Shown here: piece after piece, positions 57,901 to 64,000 of the stretch | How positions within the stretch are numbered: position 1 is the stretch's first letter | Layout of the letters: every line of letters begins with the position of its first letter | Source: an uncultured Gemmatimonadales bacterium | Lineage (GTDB): Bacteria > Gemmatimonadota > Gemmatimonadetes > Longimicrobiales > Longimicrobiaceae | Direction of reading: 5' to 3' | Assembly (NCBI GenBank): GCA_963716255.1 | Contig: OY970303.1 | Span: 2,912,001 to 2,976,000 of the forward strand | Length of the DNA stretch: 64,000 nucleotides | Made by a program: the position numbers and the translations under genes | Notes under the pieces: model-generated | What the model was told of the DNA's origin: nothing | Seen by the model: only the letters and a program-made list of their open reading frames with translations | Database searches by the model: none

Positions 57901-59218
57901 AGTCCGTCAGGCTCGCGCTCAGGTCGAACTTGGCCGACTCCTCGTTGCGGGCCAGCGTTTCCACCTGCAGCCCGCTCAGCTTCAGCCTGCCTTCCTCGCC
58001 GTCGTTCTGGAGGGCAAACATGACCTGGAAGAGCGGCGTGTGCTGGAGGCTGCGCTCCACCCGCAGCTCCTCCACCAGCTTCTCGAACGGCACGTCCTGG
58101 TGCGCGAACGCCCCCAGCGTCGCTTCCCGCACCCGCCCCAGCAGCTCCCGGAACGAAAGCTCGCCCTCCACGCGGGTACGCAGCACCAGCGTGTTCACGA
58201 ACATCCCGATCACTCCCTCCAGCTCCAGCCGCCCCCGCCCGGCCGTCGGAGTCCCCACGCTCACGTCCTCCTGCCCGCTCCAGCGCGCCAGCAGCGCCTG
58301 GAACGCCGCCAGCAGCGTGATGAACAGCGTCGCGCCCTCCTCCTGGCCCAGCTCGCGCAGCGCCGCCGTGGTCTCCGCCGACACCGCGAATCCCCGGCGC
58401 CCGGCACGCTGTCCGGGGACGGACGGGCGCGGCCGGTCGACCGGCAGCTCCAGCACGGGCGGAGCGCCGGCCAGCGCTTCGCGCCAGAAGCGGATCTGCG
58501 CCTCCAGGGCCTCCCCCGTGATGCGCTCCCGCTGCCAGAGCGCGTAGTCCGGGTACTGCACCGCCAGCGGCTCCAGCGGCGACGGCTGGCCGCGCGAGAA
58601 CGCGTCGTAGAGAGCGGACACCTCGCCGGTCAGCACGCCCATGCTCCAGCCGTCGCTGACGACGTGGTGGAGGTTGAACACCAGCCCCCAGTCGTCGGCG
58701 GCCAGGCGCAGGAGCGAGGCGCGCATCAGCGGGCCGCGCGCCAGGTCGAAGGGGCGCGCCGACTCCTCCAACGCCAGCCGCCGCACCTCCGCCTCGCGCG
58801 CGGCGCCGGGGAGCGCGGACAGGTCGGCCACCGGCAGCCGCGCCGGGGCGGCGGGGAGGACGATCTGCACCGGCTCGCCCGCGGTGGCGGCGAAGACGGT
58901 GCGCAGCGACTCGTGCCGCCGCACCATCTCGGTGACCGACCGGCGCATGGCCGCCACGTCCAGCTCGCCGCGCAGCCGCAGCGGGAAGGGCATGTTGTAG
59001 GCGCTGCTCGCCGGGTCCAGCTGCTGGATGAACCACAGCCGCTGCTGCGCGAACGACAGCGGCACCGGCCCGTTGGCGGTTCGCGGGCGCACGCGCTCGT
59101 CCTCGCGCTTCTGGCCGGCTCGCTCGCGCAGCAGCCTGCGCAGGAGGAGCCGCCGCTCGGGCGAAAGCTCCTCCGGCCCGGCCGGGGGGGTCGTCTCGGT
59201 CACTCGTTTCTCGGACAC
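51953..59218 (-). CDS. Terminal NRPS, C-A-T-C-A-T-TE
   Basis: [10 protein letters not shown] with HHVVSDGWS and [10 protein letters not shown] domains; YTSGSTG.PKG and YGPTE A motifs; GGHSLL carriers; GWSMGG thioesterase. Confidence 0.97.
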   Translation of the reverse strand: MSEKRVTETTPPAGPEELSPERRLLLRRLLRERAGQKREDERVRPRTANGPVPLSFAQQRLWFIQQLDPASSAYNMPFPLRLRGELDVAAMRRSVTEMVRRHESLRTVFAATAGEPVQIVLPAAPARLPVADLSALPGAAREAEVRRLALEESARPFDLARGPLMRASLLRLAADDWGLVFNLHHVVSDGWSMGVLTGEVSALYDAFSRGQPSPLEPLAVQYPDYALWQRERITGEALEAQIRFWREALAGAPPVLELPVDRPRPSVPGQRAGRRGFAVSAETTAALRELGQEEGATLFITLLAAFQALLARWSGQEDVSVGTPTAGRGRLELEGVIGMFVNTLVLRTRVEGELSFRELLGRVREATLGAFAHQDVPFEKLVEELRVERSLQHTPLFQVMFALQNDGEEGRLKLSGLQVETLARNEESAKFDLSASLTDSGDQISGAVAFRSDLFEVATIDRLLEHFGNLLDGVAARPDRRLAEVEILGGAEREQVVQAWNRTARPYPRGVCIHELFEAQVRERPDAAALVWGGVELTYAQLDARTNRLARHLAGLGVGPESRVGVLLERGPELVAAILAVLKAGGCYVPLDPGYPAERLRMMLDDSSVRVLLSRGDVPFAAEAGGVPVVLLDEAAEALARESAEAPRSGATAENLAYIVYTSGSTGRPKGVMVAHRHVVQLAVETDYVRFQPGDRVAQASNASFDALTFEAWGALMNGATLVGIPRDVLLSPAAFRETLREQRITTLYQTTALLNQLSREQPDIFAPLREVLFGGQAADADSVRRLLAAGRPERLLHMYGPTETTAWCSYEQVEHVAEDALTVSVGLPTGNQRIYLLDASLEPVPVGVAGEAYVGGDGVVRGYLDRPELTAERFVPDPFAVDAGTRMYRTGDRLRWKADGKLEFVGRVDEQVKVRGFRIEPGEIEAVLCAHAEVREARVIVREDEPGEQRLVAYVVGGADADALRDHLRHSLPEYMVPGGFVALEHLPLTPNGKLDVRALPAPEYGAGGAAYVPPRTPTEEILAGIWADVLRRERVGVTEDFFTLGGHSLLATQVVSRAAASLGVEIPLRALFEAPTVAGLAVRADAALREGVGMAAPPLVPVPRDDAPLPLSFAQQRLWFIDQLEPGSATYNMPFPLRLRGALDVVALRRSLGELVRRHESLRTVFGMVSGEPVQAVRPAGEHRLAVVELGGLAEGGREAEVLRLAGEDARRPFDLARGPLLRATLVRAGEGEHVLLVNLHHIVGDGWSMGVLTREVSALYGAYSAGRPTPLAELPVQYADYAVWQRAWLVGETLERQIAYWRERLGGAPPLLELPTDHVRPAVASDRGAARGFALSAEATAGLRALSRREGATLFTVLLGGFAALLGRYAGEEDVVVGTPIAGRTRLETEGLIGFFVNTLVLRTDLSGEPGGGELVRRVRERVLEAHAHQDLPFERLVEELSVERSLAHAPLFQAMFTYSAARDEADALELGGVDVEPLRAAGGTEKFDLTLNVTDAGERLVGALSFRTDLWEGATIERMAVHLAALLEGMAAESERPFTEIRFLPDAERARVLAEWNATERAYPAGMRVHDLFAAQAARTPEAVAVSWRGERTTYGELERRANRLAHALRRRGVGPESRVGVCMSRTPELLVALLGVLKAGGAYVPLDPAYPPERLGYMVEDAGIALVLTEGRLAGSLPESVADVLALDAARDALAAEPDAAPESGADPENLSHVIFTSGSTGRPKGVMIRHSSVVVLLHWMRENVSDAERSAVLFSTSVSFDVSVAEIFGTLAWGGRLVMVENALELAELPAGEQVVYASMVPSAAAELLRAGGIPASVRTLNLGGEALPLPLAQGLYALGTVERVGNLYGPTEDTTYSTYSLVERGGERVLVGRPVANTQAYVLDRHLQPVPAGVVGELYLAGGKLARGYAARPDLTAERFLPDPFGEPGGRMYRVMDRVRRRPGGELEYLGRTDFQVKVRGFRIELGEIEAVLGRHPAVRDAVAVVREDSASGAPGDRRIVAYVTLAGDPHPGAAELRAHVGLHLPEYMVPAAVVVLAGFPLSPNGKIDRRALPAPERAEDAGAGGYLAPRDTLELALARIWEDVLGLERVGVRDGFFALGGHSLLAVRLMARVEQATGARLPLAALFTAPTVELLAAELRRGGARDDGSPLVPVRPGGSRTPLFLVHPVGGDVLAYAALARRLDPEQPVYGLRSRGLAAGVEPARTVEEMASDYLRAMREVQPAGPYRLGGWSMGGVVAFEMARRLEAAGERVERLVLVDAQVPALHGRVLPVGEAVLVRIFAQDMGLPAERWTLAAGAADAEERGYLGRVLEGARAAGLVPPELDAERIGQLYAVFRANLAALYGYRPSAWAGAATLLRAAEHDPAEAESAGWEQLLEGGVEVRSVPGSHFSMVREPHAEALAREVERALEG

Positions 59219-59224
59219 GGGACG

Positions 59225-64000
<4,776 letters not shown>

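Noticed and set aside
53289..59036. 1915-aa ORF (and the 1461-aa ORF at 59229-63614) overlapping the NRPS genes
   Set aside because: Alternative-frame Arg/Gly/Ala-rich shadow ORFs expected at this GC content; no domain motifs.

Overview
Very GC-rich bacterial chromosomal segment. Gene content (carboxypeptidase-regulatory-domain and TonB proteins, many Ala/Pro-rich lipoproteins) suggests Gemmatimonadota/Longimicrobium-like origin, but this is inference only. From left to right: two tandem paralogous hypothetical genes; a lower-GC islet encoding a secreted 6-Cys CSαβ-defensin-like peptide; a divergent MarR/LacI pair with a perfect 24-bp palindrome; a ~12-kb co-oriented cluster (non-canonical FabH-like enzyme, two acyl-CoA ligases, Na+:solute symporter, TonB-dependent receptor, PHB-depolymerase-family esterase, V4R-like protein); ~35 kb of mixed accessory and housekeeping genes; a three-gene unit in which a putative Cys/His enzyme has an N-terminal domain that is also encoded twice as stand-alone predicted lipoproteins; and the 3' end of an NRPS cluster (…A-T-C-A-T / C-A-T-C-A-T-TE) with a recent module duplication. 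Intergenic DNA carries three repeat families. The most striking is a ~130-nt element in 9 copies: each copy has a different but perfectly complementary 7-bp stem in a fixed scaffold, and it shares a hairpin-loop module with a second 3-copy family. No rRNA, tRNA, CRISPR array or transposase was recognised. All calls come from reading motifs by eye; no searches were run.
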